A stretch of 42,729 nucleotides of DNA from Gammaproteobacteria bacterium (GCA_033720815.1 JAWWBT010000003.1:1-42729), one strand, 5' to 3'; numbered from the stretch's first letter, positions 30,477 to 42,542 are shown. Notes: generated by a model not told the origin, from the sequence alone. A program made the numbers and translations.

Positions 30477-31384
30477 TCGTCTCCTTTCTGCTTGCCGAGA
30501 CCATAGACGTAAGCCGCTACCACGCGGATTTCGTCATCGCTCAGCAGCTTGTCGTGTGCCGGCATCTGGCCCTGGCGGCCGTTGCGCACGCTCTTGCGAA
30601 TATCATCGTAGGCGCCGCCGTACAGCCAGGTGTCATCGGTCAGGTTCGGCGCACCGAGTGCAATATTACCCTTGCCCTCGACACCATGACAGGCGGCACA
30701 GACCGTCTTGTAGCGCTGCTCACCCGGGCCAACCAGCGCGGCCATTGCCTGGTCCGGTTCGCGGCCATTGAGCTGCCATACGTAAGCCGAGACTTCGGCA
30801 ATGCCCTGCTCGCCGCCGAGTGCGCCACCCAGTGCGGGCATCACGCCATTTCGACCATTGCGGATGCTGGTGAGAATCTGTTCCGGCTCGCCGCCGTACT
30901 GCCACGCATCATCGGCAAGGTTCGGAAAGCCCTTCGCACCGCGACCGTCCGAGCCGTGGCAGACGGCACAGTTGTTGGCAAAAATGCGGTTGCCCACATC
31001 CATGGCTTCATCGTTCTGCGCGAGCGCAGTAACGCTCATGCCGTCGAACTGCGCATAGAACTCGGCCTGGCGTGCCTCGATACGTGCCGACTCTTCCTCG
31101 TAGCGTTTTTCCTGCGTCCAGCCCAGTGTACCTTCGTAATTGCCGAGGCCCGGGTACAGGATCAGGTAGACGCCGGAGAAAATGATGGTGATGTAGAACA
31201 GCCACAGCCACCAGCGCGGCAACGGGTTGTTCAGTTCCTGCAGGTCACCATCCCAGGTGTGGCCGGTCGTCTCGGTCGTGGTCTGCGACGGACGGCTCCT
31301 GGAAGTCCACCACAGCAGCCACACGCAGCCGAGGATGTTGCCCACGGTCAGGACGATGATGAATATGCTCCATCCGGTGCTCAT
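30473..31384 (-). CDS. ccoP: cbb3-type cytochrome c oxidase subunit III
   Basis: TGHTWDGDLQELNNPLPRWW and two heme c motifs, CAVCH and CAACH. Confidence 0.98.
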   Translation of the reverse strand: MSTGWSIFIIVLTVGNILGCVWLLWWTSRSRPSQTTTETTGHTWDGDLQELNNPLPRWWLWLFYITIIFSGVYLILYPGLGNYEGTLGWTQEKRYEEESARIEARQAEFYAQFDGMSVTALAQNDEAMDVGNRIFANNCAVCHGSDGRGAKGFPNLADDAWQYGGEPEQILTSIRNGRNGVMPALGGALGGEQGIAEVSAYVWQLNGREPDQAMAALVGPGEQRYKTVCAACHGVEGKGNIALGAPNLTDDTWLYGGAYDDIRKSVRNGRQGQMPAHDKLLSDDEIRVVAAYVYGLGKQKGDE

Positions 31385-31563
31385 TTCCGGTCTCCTTCTT
31401 CGTTTCCTTCCTGCCCATTACCTTCCGGATCAGCGCGGAAGGGGAGGTTCGCCGCTTCCTCGAAGTCATGCTTGCGCTTGCTGCTCCAGGCCCAGGCCCA
31501 GACACCAATGAAGGTGAGCATGACGACGAGGGTGATCAATCCACGAATCGTGTTGATGTCCAT
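31381..31563 (-). CDS. ccoQ: cbb3-type cytochrome c oxidase subunit CcoQ
   Basis: One TM helix followed by WAWS.KRK.DFEEAANLPF. Lies between ccoO and ccoP. Confidence 0.95.
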   Translation of the reverse strand: MDINTIRGLITLVVMLTFIGVWAWAWSSKRKHDFEEAANLPFRADPEGNGQEGNEEGDRK

Positions 31564-31566
31564 GGC

Positions 31567-32172
31567 TTATCTCCCGTTATTCGCGGTGCCGAGCACCTGC
31601 AGGTAAGCGATAAGGGCTTCCATTTCCGTCTTGCCCTTTACGGCTTGCTCTGCATTGGCAATCTGCTCGGCCGAGTAGGGCGCGCCGAGCATGCGCATGA
31701 CTTCCATCTTGCGCTGCGTGTTCTCGCCGGTGAGCGTGTTGCGGTCCAGCCAGGGGAAGCCCGGCATGTTCGATTCCGGCACCACGTCGCGCGGGTTGAT
31801 CAGGTGTATGCGATGCCATTCATCGGTGTAACGACCACCCACGCGAGCGAGATCCGGGCCGGTACGCTTCGAGCCCCACTGGAACGGGCGGTCGTAAACG
31901 AATTCACCGGCAACCGAATACGGCCCGTAACGTTCCGTTTCCGAGCGGAAGGGCCGGATCATCTGCGAGTGGCAGACGTAGCAGCCTTCTCGCACATAGA
32001 TGTCGCGACCTTCCAGTTGCAGCGCGGTGTACGGCTCCAGGCCTTCTACCGGTTCGGTCGCAGAGGTCTGGAACATCAGCGGTACGATTTCCGCGAGGCC
32101 GCCGAAGCTGATGACGATGGCAATCAGCACCGCCATCAGGCCGACATTCTTTTCTACCTTGTCGTGCTTCAT
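31567..32172 (-). CDS. ccoO: cbb3-type cytochrome c oxidase subunit II
   Basis: [39 protein letters not shown]. Confidence 0.99.
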   Translation of the reverse strand: MKHDKVEKNVGLMAVLIAIVISFGGLAEIVPLMFQTSATEPVEGLEPYTALQLEGRDIYVREGCYVCHSQMIRPFRSETERYGPYSVAGEFVYDRPFQWGSKRTGPDLARVGGRYTDEWHRIHLINPRDVVPESNMPGFPWLDRNTLTGENTQRKMEVMRMLGAPYSAEQIANAEQAVKGKTEMEALIAYLQVLGTANNGR

Positions 32173-32183
32173 CTCTGTCTCCT

Positions 32184-33593
32184 TCAGGCGTGGGCCGGGG
32201 CGGCTTCAGCGGCCGGGGCCGGGCGCACCGTCTTCCAGACGTTGTAGGTCATGATCAGCATGCCGACGAGGAACAGCAGGCCACCCAGCAGGCGTACCGC
32301 GTAATACGGGTAGGTCGCCTCGAGGCTTTCGATGAAGCTGTAGGTCAGCGTGCCGTCGTCATTCACTGCACGCCACATCAGGCCCTGCATCACGCCGGCG
32401 ATCCACATCGAGGCGATGTAGAGCACCACGCCGATGGTGGCGATCCAGAAATGCACGTCGATCAGTTTCGTCGAGTACATGCCGTCGCGGCCCCAGAGTT
32501 TCGGGATCAGGTGGTACATCGAGCCGAAGGTGATGAAGGCGACCCAGCCCAGCGCACCGGAGTGCACGTGGCCAATCGTCCAGTCGGTGTAATGCGACAG
32601 CGCGTTCACCGTCTTGATCGACATCATCGGGCCTTCGAAGGTCGACATGCCGTAGAAGGAGAGCGACACGATCAGGAACTTGAGGATCGGGTCGGTGCGC
32701 AGCTTATGCCAGGCACCGGAGAGCGTCATGATGCCGTTGATCATGCCGCCCCAGCTCGGTGCGAGCAGGATCAGCGAGAACACCATGCCCAGCGACTGTG
32801 CCCAGTCGGGCAGTGCGGTGTAGTGCAGGTGATGCGGGCCGGCCCACATGTAGATCGCGATCAGTGCCCAGAAATGCACGACCGACAGTCGATACGAGTA
32901 GATCGGGCGTTCGGCCTGCTTCGGCACGTAGTAGTACATCATGCCGAGGAAGCCCGCGGTCAGGAAGAAGCCGACCGCGTTGTGGCCGTACCACCACTGC
33001 ACCATCGCATCCACCGCGCCCGAGTAGATCGGGTAGGACTCCGTCCAGGAAACCGGGATGGCCAGGTTGTTCACGACGTGCAGCACCGCGATGGTCACGA
33101 TGAAGGCGCCGTAGAACCAGTTCGCCACGTAGATGTGCTTCACCGTGCGCTTCATGATGGTGCCGAAGAACAGCACGGCGTAGGCCACCCAGACGACCGT
33201 GATCAGCAGGTCGATCGGCCAGATCAGCTCGGCGTATTCCTTCGACTGCGTCATGCCCAGCGGCAGGGTGATGGCCGCGGCAACAATCACTGCCTGCCAG
33301 CCCCAGAACACGAAGGCTGCCAGGCCGTCCGAGATCAGGCGAACGCCGCAGGTGCGCTGCACCACGTGCAGCGAGGTACCGATCAGCGCGCTGCCGCCAA
33401 AGGCGAAGATCACCGCATTGGTATGCAGCGGGCGCAGGCGGCTGTAGGTCAGCCACGAGGTATCGAAATTCAGCGCCGGCCAGAGCAGCTGCGCGGCGAT
33501 GATGACGCCGACGAGCATGCCGACCACGCCCCAGAGCACCGTCACCAGCGCGAACTGGCGTAGTACTTTTTCGTTATAGGCGGGTGTTTCCAT
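32184..33593 (-). CDS. ccoN: cbb3-type cytochrome c oxidase subunit I
   Basis: [57 protein letters not shown] before ATG 33593. Confidence 0.99.
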   Translation of the reverse strand: METPAYNEKVLRQFALVTVLWGVVGMLVGVIIAAQLLWPALNFDTSWLTYSRLRPLHTNAVIFAFGGSALIGTSLHVVQRTCGVRLISDGLAAFVFWGWQAVIVAAAITLPLGMTQSKEYAELIWPIDLLITVVWVAYAVLFFGTIMKRTVKHIYVANWFYGAFIVTIAVLHVVNNLAIPVSWTESYPIYSGAVDAMVQWWYGHNAVGFFLTAGFLGMMYYYVPKQAERPIYSYRLSVVHFWALIAIYMWAGPHHLHYTALPDWAQSLGMVFSLILLAPSWGGMINGIMTLSGAWHKLRTDPILKFLIVSLSFYGMSTFEGPMMSIKTVNALSHYTDWTIGHVHSGALGWVAFITFGSMYHLIPKLWGRDGMYSTKLIDVHFWIATIGVVLYIASMWIAGVMQGLMWRAVNDDGTLTYSFIESLEATYPYYAVRLLGGLLFLVGMLIMTYNVWKTVRPAPAAEAAPAHA

Positions 33594-33664
33594 GACGGAC
33601 AGGTCTCCCGATGTGAATGCCCAGAATGCGGACGGGATTGTCGATTCCGGCACCCGCTACCGCA

Positions 33665-33678
33665 TTGACATGGGTCAA
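33665..33678 (-). promoter_or_regulatory. FNR-type box for ccoN
   Basis: TTGAC-ATGG-GTCAA palindrome; minus-strand GACAAT hexamer 22 bp downstream (33637-33642). Confidence 0.82.
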
Positions 33679-33717
33679 ATGGATGCAGGTTGACCCGTTA
33701 ACCGTAGTCGAAACTGC

Positions 33718-33731
33718 TTGACCTGTGTCAA
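33718..33731 (+). promoter_or_regulatory. FNR-type box for hemN
   Basis: TTGAC-CTGT-GTCAA; GAGAAT hexamer 22 bp downstream (33754-33759). Confidence 0.82.
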
Positions 33732-33828
33732 TGCGACCCGTCGGGATTGAGCGGAGAATGCCCAACATGCGGAAGATGCCGGGGAGAGGCAGTTGCCGCG
33801 GAACGCTGTAAGAACCTATTACAGGTGC

Positions 33829-35226
33829 ATGATGCAAAGCCAAGTCCGATTCGATGCCGACCTGCTGCGCCGCTACGATATCAGTGGTCCGCGCTACACC
33901 TCGTACCCCACTGCGTTGCAGTTCAGCGAGGATTTCACTGCGGAAGACTACCGTGAGGTCGCGCTGGCAACGAACGACGACCCGATACCGTCGCCGCTTT
34001 CACTCTACGTGCACGTGCCGTTCTGCCACAGCCCCTGCTTCTACTGTGGCTGTAACCGGATCATCACGCGCGACCCCCTGAAAGGGCAGCTCTACCTTGA
34101 GCGCCTGTATCGGGAATTCGAGCTGCAAGGCGAGCTGTTTGACCCGGATCGCAAGGTAGAGCAATTGCACCTGGGCGGCGGTACGCCAACCTTCCTCGAG
34201 CCGGAACAGCTTGAGGCGATGCTGGACAGCATGGGCCAGCATTTCTCGCTGAGCAGCGCCCCGAGCCGCGAGTTCTCCATCGAGATCGATCCCCGCACGG
34301 TGTCGCCGGATATCGTCAAGTCGCTTGGCGAGATCGGCTTCAACCGGGTCAGCCTCGGCGTCCAGGATTTCGACCGCAAGGTCCAGGAGGCGATCAACCG
34401 CATCCAGGATATCGGTCCGACGCTGGAACTGATCGAGGCTTCGCACGCGGCCGGCATGAATTCGGTCAACCTGGACCTCATCTACGGCCTGCCGTTCCAG
34501 TCGGTGGAGGGCTTCGGCCGCACGCTGGACCATGTCATCGCTGCCAAGCCGGACCGCCTGGCGGTCTACAGCTACGCGCACCTGCCGCGGGTCTTCAAGG
34601 CACAGAAGCAGATCGACGAGCAGACACTGCCCAGTGGCGACACGAAGCTGGCCCTGCTGGAGCTGGCCATCAACAAGCTGACGTCGGCCGGATACATCTA
34701 TGTCGGCATGGACCACTTTGCCCTGCCGGATGACGAGCTGGTCGTCGCACAGCAGAAAGGCGAACTGCACCGTAACTTCCAGGGCTATTCGACCCGTGCC
34801 GAACTCGACCTTGTCGGGCTTGGCATGAGTTCCATCGGCAAGATCGGTGATACCTACAGCCAGAACCGCAAGGACATCATCGGCTGGCAGGGCGACCTGG
34901 ATGCGGGTCACCTCCCGGTCTACCGCGGTGTGAGGCTGACGACCGAGGACCGCCTGCGTCGCGAGATCATCGGGCAGGTGATGTGCAACAACCGCTTGCG
35001 CTTTGCGGATATCGAGGCCCGCTGGCAACTGGATTTCGAGCGTCACTTCGCCAGCGAGCTCGAGCAGCTCGGACGCCTTGCAGAAGACGGGCTCATCGCC
35101 ATGGATGAAAAGGGTTTCGAGGTCACACCGGCCGGGCGCCTGCTGATCCGCATCGTTGCGATGACATTCGATGCCTACCAGCCCACGTTGCTGGATGCGC
35201 GGGATCGCTTTTCGAAGGTGATCTGA
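33829..35226 (+). CDS. hemN: oxygen-independent coproporphyrinogen III oxidase
   Basis: GPRYTSYPTA, LSLYVHVPFCHSPCFYCGC (radical SAM CxxxCxxC), HLGGGTPT, GMDHFA, LHRNFQGYST, C-terminal RFSKVI. Confidence 0.98.
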   Translation: MMQSQVRFDADLLRRYDISGPRYTSYPTALQFSEDFTAEDYREVALATNDDPIPSPLSLYVHVPFCHSPCFYCGCNRIITRDPLKGQLYLERLYREFELQGELFDPDRKVEQLHLGGGTPTFLEPEQLEAMLDSMGQHFSLSSAPSREFSIEIDPRTVSPDIVKSLGEIGFNRVSLGVQDFDRKVQEAINRIQDIGPTLELIEASHAAGMNSVNLDLIYGLPFQSVEGFGRTLDHVIAAKPDRLAVYSYAHLPRVFKAQKQIDEQTLPSGDTKLALLELAINKLTSAGYIYVGMDHFALPDDELVVAQQKGELHRNFQGYSTRAELDLVGLGMSSIGKIGDTYSQNRKDIIGWQGDLDAGHLPVYRGVRLTTEDRLRREIIGQVMCNNRLRFADIEARWQLDFERHFASELEQLGRLAEDGLIAMDEKGFEVTPAGRLLIRIVAMTFDAYQPTLLDARDRFSKVI

Positions 35227-35279
35227 GCGGTTACTGGTCAATAATTGGCCAGTGGCGAGGAATGGGATCGAGTTCCCCT

Positions 35280-35308
35280 TTGGAACCGTTCTTGATGCAG
35301 GGTAGAAT
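35280..35308 (+). promoter_or_regulatory. candidate sigma70 promoter for fnr
   Basis: TTGGAA, 17 bp spacer, TAGAAT, upstream of the GGGAGG RBS. Confidence 0.5.
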
Positions 35309-35334
35309 GACGGCGTCCAACAGGGAGGACGCCC

Positions 35335-36072
35335 ATGGCCCAGCCCGAAGCAAATGCCAGCCAGCCGCTGGAAGCCCGACTCAAGAAGCGGTGCAGCAAC
35401 TGTTCCCTTTCCGAACTCTGCCTGCCCATGGGTCTCGACAGGATTGACGTCGAGCAACTCGACGATGTCGTTGACCAGTCCTCACCGATGCACGCCGGGG
35501 ATCACCTTTACCGCAAGGGCGACGGGTTCAAGGCCCTCTACGCAGTGCGCTCGGGTTACCTCAAGACCTATATCGTTGACGAGACCGGCCGTGAGCAGGT
35601 GCTCGGGTTCTACCTGCCGGGCGAACTGGTCGGTCTTGATGCCATCTATCCCGAAAAGCACCAGTGCAACGCCGTTGCGCTCGATACGGCGACGGTTTGC
35701 GAACTGCCGTACGAAAAGCTTTCCGATCTTGCAGAGCACCTTCCCAGCCTGCAGAAGCAGATGTTCCGGCTGCTGTCCAAGGACATCACCTCCAGCCAGG
35801 CGCTGACGGGTGACTTCACCGCGGAGGAGCGGCTGGCAGCGTTCCTGCTCGGCATGTCCGCACGATTGAAGGTGCGTGGATATTCACCGACCCATTTCCT
35901 GCTGGCGATGCCGCGCCGGGATATCGCCAACTACCTGCGCCTCGCGACGGAAACCGTTAGCCGGGTGTTCAAGCGATTCCAGAAGGAAGGCCTGATCGAG
36001 GTCGACCGCCGCGATATTCGCCTGCTCGACCTGGAACGGCTTGACGCGATTTCCCGCTGCGTACCGCGCTGA
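35335..36072 (+). CDS. fnr: FNR/ANR oxygen-sensing transcriptional regulator
   Basis: N-terminal CSNCSLSELC plus internal VCELP (Fe-S ligands), GELVGLD, AEERLAAFL, and HTH IANYLRLATETVSR. Confidence 0.95.
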   Translation: MAQPEANASQPLEARLKKRCSNCSLSELCLPMGLDRIDVEQLDDVVDQSSPMHAGDHLYRKGDGFKALYAVRSGYLKTYIVDETGREQVLGFYLPGELVGLDAIYPEKHQCNAVALDTATVCELPYEKLSDLAEHLPSLQKQMFRLLSKDITSSQALTGDFTAEERLAAFLLGMSARLKVRGYSPTHFLLAMPRRDIANYLRLATETVSRVFKRFQKEGLIEVDRRDIRLLDLERLDAISRCVPR

Positions 36073-36089
36073 TCCTGTCGAAGGTCCCA

Positions 36090-36126
36090 ACGAAAAACGC
36101 CGTCGCAATCGCGACGGCGTTTTCGT
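36090..36126. terminator. bidirectional intrinsic terminator
   Basis: AAAAACGCCGTCGC-aatc-GCGACGGCGTTTT between the convergent fnr and pdxH genes. Confidence 0.88.
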
Positions 36127-36144
36127 GTGAGTCGGTTATCCGGT

Positions 36145-36753
36145 TCAGGGATTCAGGCGGGTGATGTCCCAGTTGCCGTCTTCGTCCTTTTCATAGCGGA
36201 AGCGGTCGTGCAGCCGTGCTTCGCCGTCGCGCCAGAATTCGAAGGCGTGCGGTACGAGCCGGAAACCACCCCAGTGCGGCGGGCGGGGGATTTCCTTGCC
36301 TTCGAAATCCCGCTCGAACATCTTTACGCGTTCTTCAAGCTCTTCACGTGATTCGAGGGGGCGGCTCTGCACCGAGGCCCATGCGCCGAGCTGGCTCATG
36401 CGACCGCGCGACGCGAAGTAGCCATCGGATTCGATGGCGGAAATCTTTTCCACCTCGCCCTCGATGCGCACCTGTTCCCTGCGGTTCGGCCACCAGAACA
36501 GCAGCGCCGCTTTTGCGTTCATGCCCAGCTCGTCGGACTTGCGGCTGCCGTAATTGGTGAACCACACGAACCCCTTGTCGTCGTATTCCTTCAGCAGCAC
36601 GATGCGCGCGGAAGGCTGCCCCTCGGGCGTGGCGGTGGCGAGCGTCATGGCAGTGTCGTCGCCGACGGCGACCTTGCGGGCCTCTTCGTACCAGCGGGTA
36701 AATTGCTCTACCGGGTTCGGGTCGAGATCGGATTCGCGCAGCGGGTCAGCCAT
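36145..36753 (-). CDS. pdxH: pyridoxine/pyridoxamine 5'-phosphate oxidase
   Basis: AMTLATA, PSARIVLLK, FTNYGSRK, QVRIEG, SQLGAWAS.QS, PRPPHWGGFR, EFW..G..RLHDRF.Y. Confidence 0.97.
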   Translation of the reverse strand: MADPLRESDLDPNPVEQFTRWYEEARKVAVGDDTAMTLATATPEGQPSARIVLLKEYDDKGFVWFTNYGSRKSDELGMNAKAALLFWWPNRREQVRIEGEVEKISAIESDGYFASRGRMSQLGAWASVQSRPLESREELEERVKMFERDFEGKEIPRPPHWGGFRLVPHAFEFWRDGEARLHDRFRYEKDEDGNWDITRLNP

Positions 36754-38695
36754 TGTCGAAGCTCCTGGCGGTCTGGTGAATGACGTCAGAAAGGAAATCG
36801 CAGTAACGGTCGATGTAGTTGATCCCGTTCTCGTTGTCGATGAGCCACGGGTTCATCAAAGTATGCCGCAGGATGAAGATCCTGTCCTCCCCGTCAGTAT
36901 CCGAAATCCCGAGCAGGTCGAGGCAGCGCTGGAATTCCTTCTCGCCAAGGCCACGCCGCGTCAGCGTGGTATATGACCCGAAGAATTCCCGGCTCTGCAC
37001 GGGTCGCGAGGCATCGACCTTCATCTGCGAGAAAACCTGGCGCGCGAACTGGTTCAGCACTTTCAGCGAGGCATTGCCGCGCGGGTTGAGGGCGATACAG
37101 ATCAGGTTGCTGTCGGGCTCGAATGGAATGGCCAGTTGCGCGACATCGCCAACCTGCTCGGCAAGCCCCGGGACGCGATCATAGAAATACTCGGTGGCAT
37201 GCACCGTTTCTTCGATGATTCGCCCCAGGTGCGCGCGGTCCGGCGGCATGACGGTGTGGCTGACAAAGACGCCCGCCGCTGCGGCGCCCGGTTTTGACCC
37301 CTCGAGAATGTAGCGACCGAGGGCGCGGAACTTGTCGCGGTAACCCGGCTGCGCGCGTGCGGGGTCAAAAACGTAATCCGCCGACTGCGCAACGAAATCC
37401 ATCATGCGCTGGTCACGGAAGACGACAGCTCCCGCACCGAAGGGGACGAAGCCGAGCTTGTGCGGATCGATGGTGATGGATTCCGTTTCTGCCAGCGCGC
37501 GAAACGCTGCATGCACGCTCTCGCTGGGAAAATACTTGAAGCCACGACGCACTTCGCGCTGCGAGGCGAGGCTGCCGTCCGGCTTGCGAAACAGGCTGGC
37601 AAGGTAGCCGCCCCAGGCCGCATCGATATGGATTGGCAGGTACTGGTCGTGCCGCAGGCGGGAATCGCGTTCGGCCACGAGTTCGTGGATCGGGTCGATG
37701 GTGCCGAATTCCGTGGTGCCAAGTACGCCGACGCATTCCAGCACCGCAACGCGTTTTTCCGCCAGCTCGTCCAGGGTCTTGCGCAATGCTGCGACGTCCA
37801 TGCGCATGCCGCGCTCCGGGATCACGCGGACGTTTGCCGAACCCAGGCCGATCAGTTTTGCACCCTTTGACCATGAATAATGCGCCGTGACCGGCACCAG
37901 TATCACGGGCGGGTTCCAGTCCGGATGGCGACGCTGGAATTCCGCCCAGCCCAGGCTTTCAACACGTTCCGATTCCACACGCTCCAGCCACTGCTCGGCA
38001 GCGGTATTGGGCATCGACTCCAGTTTTTCCAGCAACTGTTCGTAAAGTGCGATGACCTGTCGATAGGGAAGGTTGGCCAGCCGCCAGGTATCGGCATCGC
38101 GTAGCGCGCTGCCATCTTCGAGACGGACATCGGGAGCATCGCCTGCATCGCGCAGTGCCGCCGCCAGTGCCAGCGGGTAGTGGCGGATCGCTCGCATCAC
38201 GTGGAGCGATTCGTAATTGGCGACCGTGCCGCCGCCCGTGAGATGGCCGAAAGCGCAGTCCGGCCGGGTTTCGTCATCTTCGTAGCCCACCATGCGCGCC
38301 AGTTGCAGTCCTGCTGAAATTTCCATGTCCAGCGTTACAGGTGCCGCTTCGTCGACCACGTTGTTCGGGTTGTAGGGCACCGTCATCAGTTGCGCGATCA
38401 ATGCGGGCAACAGGGTGTCGGAGGCCATGTGGCCGATGTAGCGCGGGCTGGAAAACGGCACCGAGTGTTTCAGCGCGGCACTCAGCTTGTGCAACTCGTG
38501 GGTCATGCGCCCGACGAACTGCTGGTACTCGGGGTCGCTGCTCGCCATCGTCGGGATCGCCGGCGGGTCTTCCGGGTGGAAATTCCGGCGCCAGTAGACA
38601 TGGTCCCGCAGGAATTCCGTCAGGACCTTTTCCAGCAGGTCGTTGTTCTCGCCGTAGGGCCCGAGAAAGAGCGGGTAGAGATGCTTCTTCGTCAT
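36746..38695 (-). CDS. group II PLP-dependent decarboxylase, tyrosine-decarboxylase-like
   Basis: FLGPYGEN, SVPFSSPRYIGHM, GHLTGGGTVANYE, HYSWSK, GTTEFGTIDP, HIDAAWGGY, SITIDPHKLG (PLP lysine), LEGSKPGA. Substrate cannot be determined from sequence. Confidence 0.88.
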   Translation of the reverse strand: MTKKHLYPLFLGPYGENNDLLEKVLTEFLRDHVYWRRNFHPEDPPAIPTMASSDPEYQQFVGRMTHELHKLSAALKHSVPFSSPRYIGHMASDTLLPALIAQLMTVPYNPNNVVDEAAPVTLDMEISAGLQLARMVGYEDDETRPDCAFGHLTGGGTVANYESLHVMRAIRHYPLALAAALRDAGDAPDVRLEDGSALRDADTWRLANLPYRQVIALYEQLLEKLESMPNTAAEQWLERVESERVESLGWAEFQRRHPDWNPPVILVPVTAHYSWSKGAKLIGLGSANVRVIPERGMRMDVAALRKTLDELAEKRVAVLECVGVLGTTEFGTIDPIHELVAERDSRLRHDQYLPIHIDAAWGGYLASLFRKPDGSLASQREVRRGFKYFPSESVHAAFRALAETESITIDPHKLGFVPFGAGAVVFRDQRMMDFVAQSADYVFDPARAQPGYRDKFRALGRYILEGSKPGAAAAGVFVSHTVMPPDRAHLGRIIEETVHATEYFYDRVPGLAEQVGDVAQLAIPFEPDSNLICIALNPRGNASLKVLNQFARQVFSQMKVDASRPVQSREFFGSYTTLTRRGLGEKEFQRCLDLLGISDTDGEDRIFILRHTLMNPWLIDNENGINYIDRYCDFLSDVIHQTARSFDNG

Positions 38696-38754
38696 GCTCG
38701 TCAACCAGTTGATGTGCGATGCAGGGATTCTGCGGCAGCCAGGCATTTGCCGCC

Positions 38755-38768
38755 TTGATCAAAGTCAT
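38755..38768 (-). promoter_or_regulatory. imperfect FNR-type box for the decarboxylase-pdxH operon
   Basis: TTGAT-CAAA-GTCAT; minus-strand CAGAAT hexamer 22 bp away (38727-38732). Confidence 0.6.
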
Positions 38769-38775
38769 CTCTGAC

Positions 38776-38789
38776 TTGATTGGTATCAA
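38776..38789 (+). promoter_or_regulatory. consensus FNR/DNR box for the beta-barrel gene
   Basis: TTGAT-TGGT-ATCAA; TAGTCT hexamer 22 bp downstream (38812-38817). Confidence 0.85.
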
Positions 38790-38850
38790 GGCGGGCCTGG
38801 TGCGTTGGGACTAGTCTGGCACCATTCCCAGACCCTAGCGGAGGATCGAC

Positions 38851-40026
38851 ATGAAACAGGGTAACAAGACCGCTCTCATCGGACTTGCCGTAGCTGGCCT
38901 GCTGGTCACCGGTGGTGCCGCTGCTGATGAAGAGGACAGGGCGTGGTCACTGGACCTGCGCTACAGGCTTGAGTCCGTCCAGCAGGACGGACTGCCGGAC
39001 GATGCGTTGGCAAGTACCTTGCGTACGCGACTTGGCCTGGCCAGCCACGAGTGGAAGGGCTGGCAGGGATTCATCGAATTCGAAGATGTGCATGTCGTTG
39101 GCATTGATGACTACAACAGCACGAAAAACGGGAATGTCACCTATCCCGTAGTGGCTGATCCGGAAGATACCGAACTGAACCAGGCGTACCTCGCCTATGG
39201 CCTGGACGACGGCCAGGCGAAGATCGGTCGGCAACGCATCAACCTCGGGAACCTGCGTTTCTTCGGTGCCGTCGGATTCCGCCAGAACGAACAGACATTC
39301 GATGGCGCACGGTTTGCCGGCACATTCGGTGATCTCTCCATGGATGTTGCCGTGCTGACTCGCGCCAACCGCATTTTCGGTGCGCACCATCCGAACCCGG
39401 CACTGGCCAATACGGACATGCAGACCTTCTACATCGACCTTGAGAATTCCTTCGGTGACGTCAGCGTTGGCGGCTTCGTGCATGGCATCGATCTCGATGA
39501 CAGCCCGGGGGCTTCCCACCAGAACATCGGCCTGCGGGCTTCCGGCAAGCATGATGTCTTCGACTGGCGCGCGGAATTTGCGCAGCAGTCGGATTATGCC
39601 GATGGCAGCGCCATGATCGATGCCGATTACTATCGCGTCGACCTTGGCTACAGCCTGGAAGGATGGCGCCTGGGGATTGCGCAGGAGTTGCTCGGTGGTG
39701 ATGGCAATTATGCTTTCCAGACGCCGTTCGCCACCTTGCACAAGTTCAACGGCGTGACCGACAAGTTCCTCTCGACGCCTGCCACCGGCCTGGCGGATAC
39801 GGAAGTGAACGTGAAGGGCAAGCTGGGTGACTGGACGCTCGGCGCTGCCTGGCACCAGTTCGATTCCGATGTCGGCTCGTTGAACTACGGCAGCGAGTTC
39901 AGCGTGTTCGCATCGACAAGGCTTGGTGACTACACGGATTTCTCGGTCAAGCTGGGTGATTACAGCGCCGAGGATTACGCGACGGATACGACCAAGGTAT
40001 GGGTCACGTTAGGCATGCACTTCTGA
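38851..40026 (+). CDS. outer-membrane beta-barrel, alginate-export-like family
   Basis: GGAGG RBS, signal peptide, LRYRLESV, VADPE.TELNQAY, GRQRINL.N.RF.G.VGFRQNEQTFD, FQTPFATLHKFNG, amphipathic strands, terminal Phe. Confidence 0.85.
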   Translation: MKQGNKTALIGLAVAGLLVTGGAAADEEDRAWSLDLRYRLESVQQDGLPDDALASTLRTRLGLASHEWKGWQGFIEFEDVHVVGIDDYNSTKNGNVTYPVVADPEDTELNQAYLAYGLDDGQAKIGRQRINLGNLRFFGAVGFRQNEQTFDGARFAGTFGDLSMDVAVLTRANRIFGAHHPNPALANTDMQTFYIDLENSFGDVSVGGFVHGIDLDDSPGASHQNIGLRASGKHDVFDWRAEFAQQSDYADGSAMIDADYYRVDLGYSLEGWRLGIAQELLGGDGNYAFQTPFATLHKFNGVTDKFLSTPATGLADTEVNVKGKLGDWTLGAAWHQFDSDVGSLNYGSEFSVFASTRLGDYTDFSVKLGDYSAEDYATDTTKVWVTLGMHF

Positions 40027-40412
40027 CACTTGTCCTGTCGGTGGGCGGCACCCTGGCGGGTGTCGTCCCTGGCATGGCGTCCCCGGAATCCGTGGTCAAC
40101 GAACGCCTGCCGGTTTCTCGCGCGGAAATCGAGGCGCGCTGGGGTATAGATTGCGAATCCGCCATCGGCCAGCTGCGGGGAGTCATTCTCGGGGACGCGG
40201 ATATTGCCAAAGAAAGGCTGGATTCCCTGGCAGCCGAGATCCGTCTCTGTGCCTTTCTCGACCAGGCCCATGGTCCGGGAAAAATCGATTACTTCCGCAT
40301 TGCGCAACACATGAACGCATGGCGCTCGTGTACCGACGATTGTCCGGTGGCCGCCGGGGAGTTGCGGTCATTGCTGGCCGGCCTTGATATGAATCAAGGC
40401 GAAATTCCCTGA
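39999..40412 (+). CDS. hypothetical exported Cys-containing protein
   Basis: 137-aa ORF filling the gap between the barrel gene and nirS, with a hydrophobic N-terminus and four Cys. Start uncertain (28-bp overlap with the barrel gene; alternative ATG near 40074). Confidence 0.5.
   Translation: MGHVRHALLTLVLSVGGTLAGVVPGMASPESVVNERLPVSRAEIEARWGIDCESAIGQLRGVILGDADIAKERLDSLAAEIRLCAFLDQAHGPGKIDYFRIAQHMNAWRSCTDDCPVAAGELRSLLAGLDMNQGEIP
40381..40400 (+). promoter_or_regulatory. consensus FNR/DNR box for nirS
   Basis: GCC-TTGAT-ATGA-ATCAA-GGC extended palindrome; TGCAAT hexamer 22 bp after the core (40420-40425). Confidence 0.87.

Positions 40413-42542
<2,130 letters not shown>

Noticed and set aside
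35233-35305. Palindrome at 35233-35253 and TTGAT half-site at 35292-35296 as fnr autoregulatory sites
   Set aside because: The second half-site is missing and the palindrome does not have FNR spacing, so support is insufficient.
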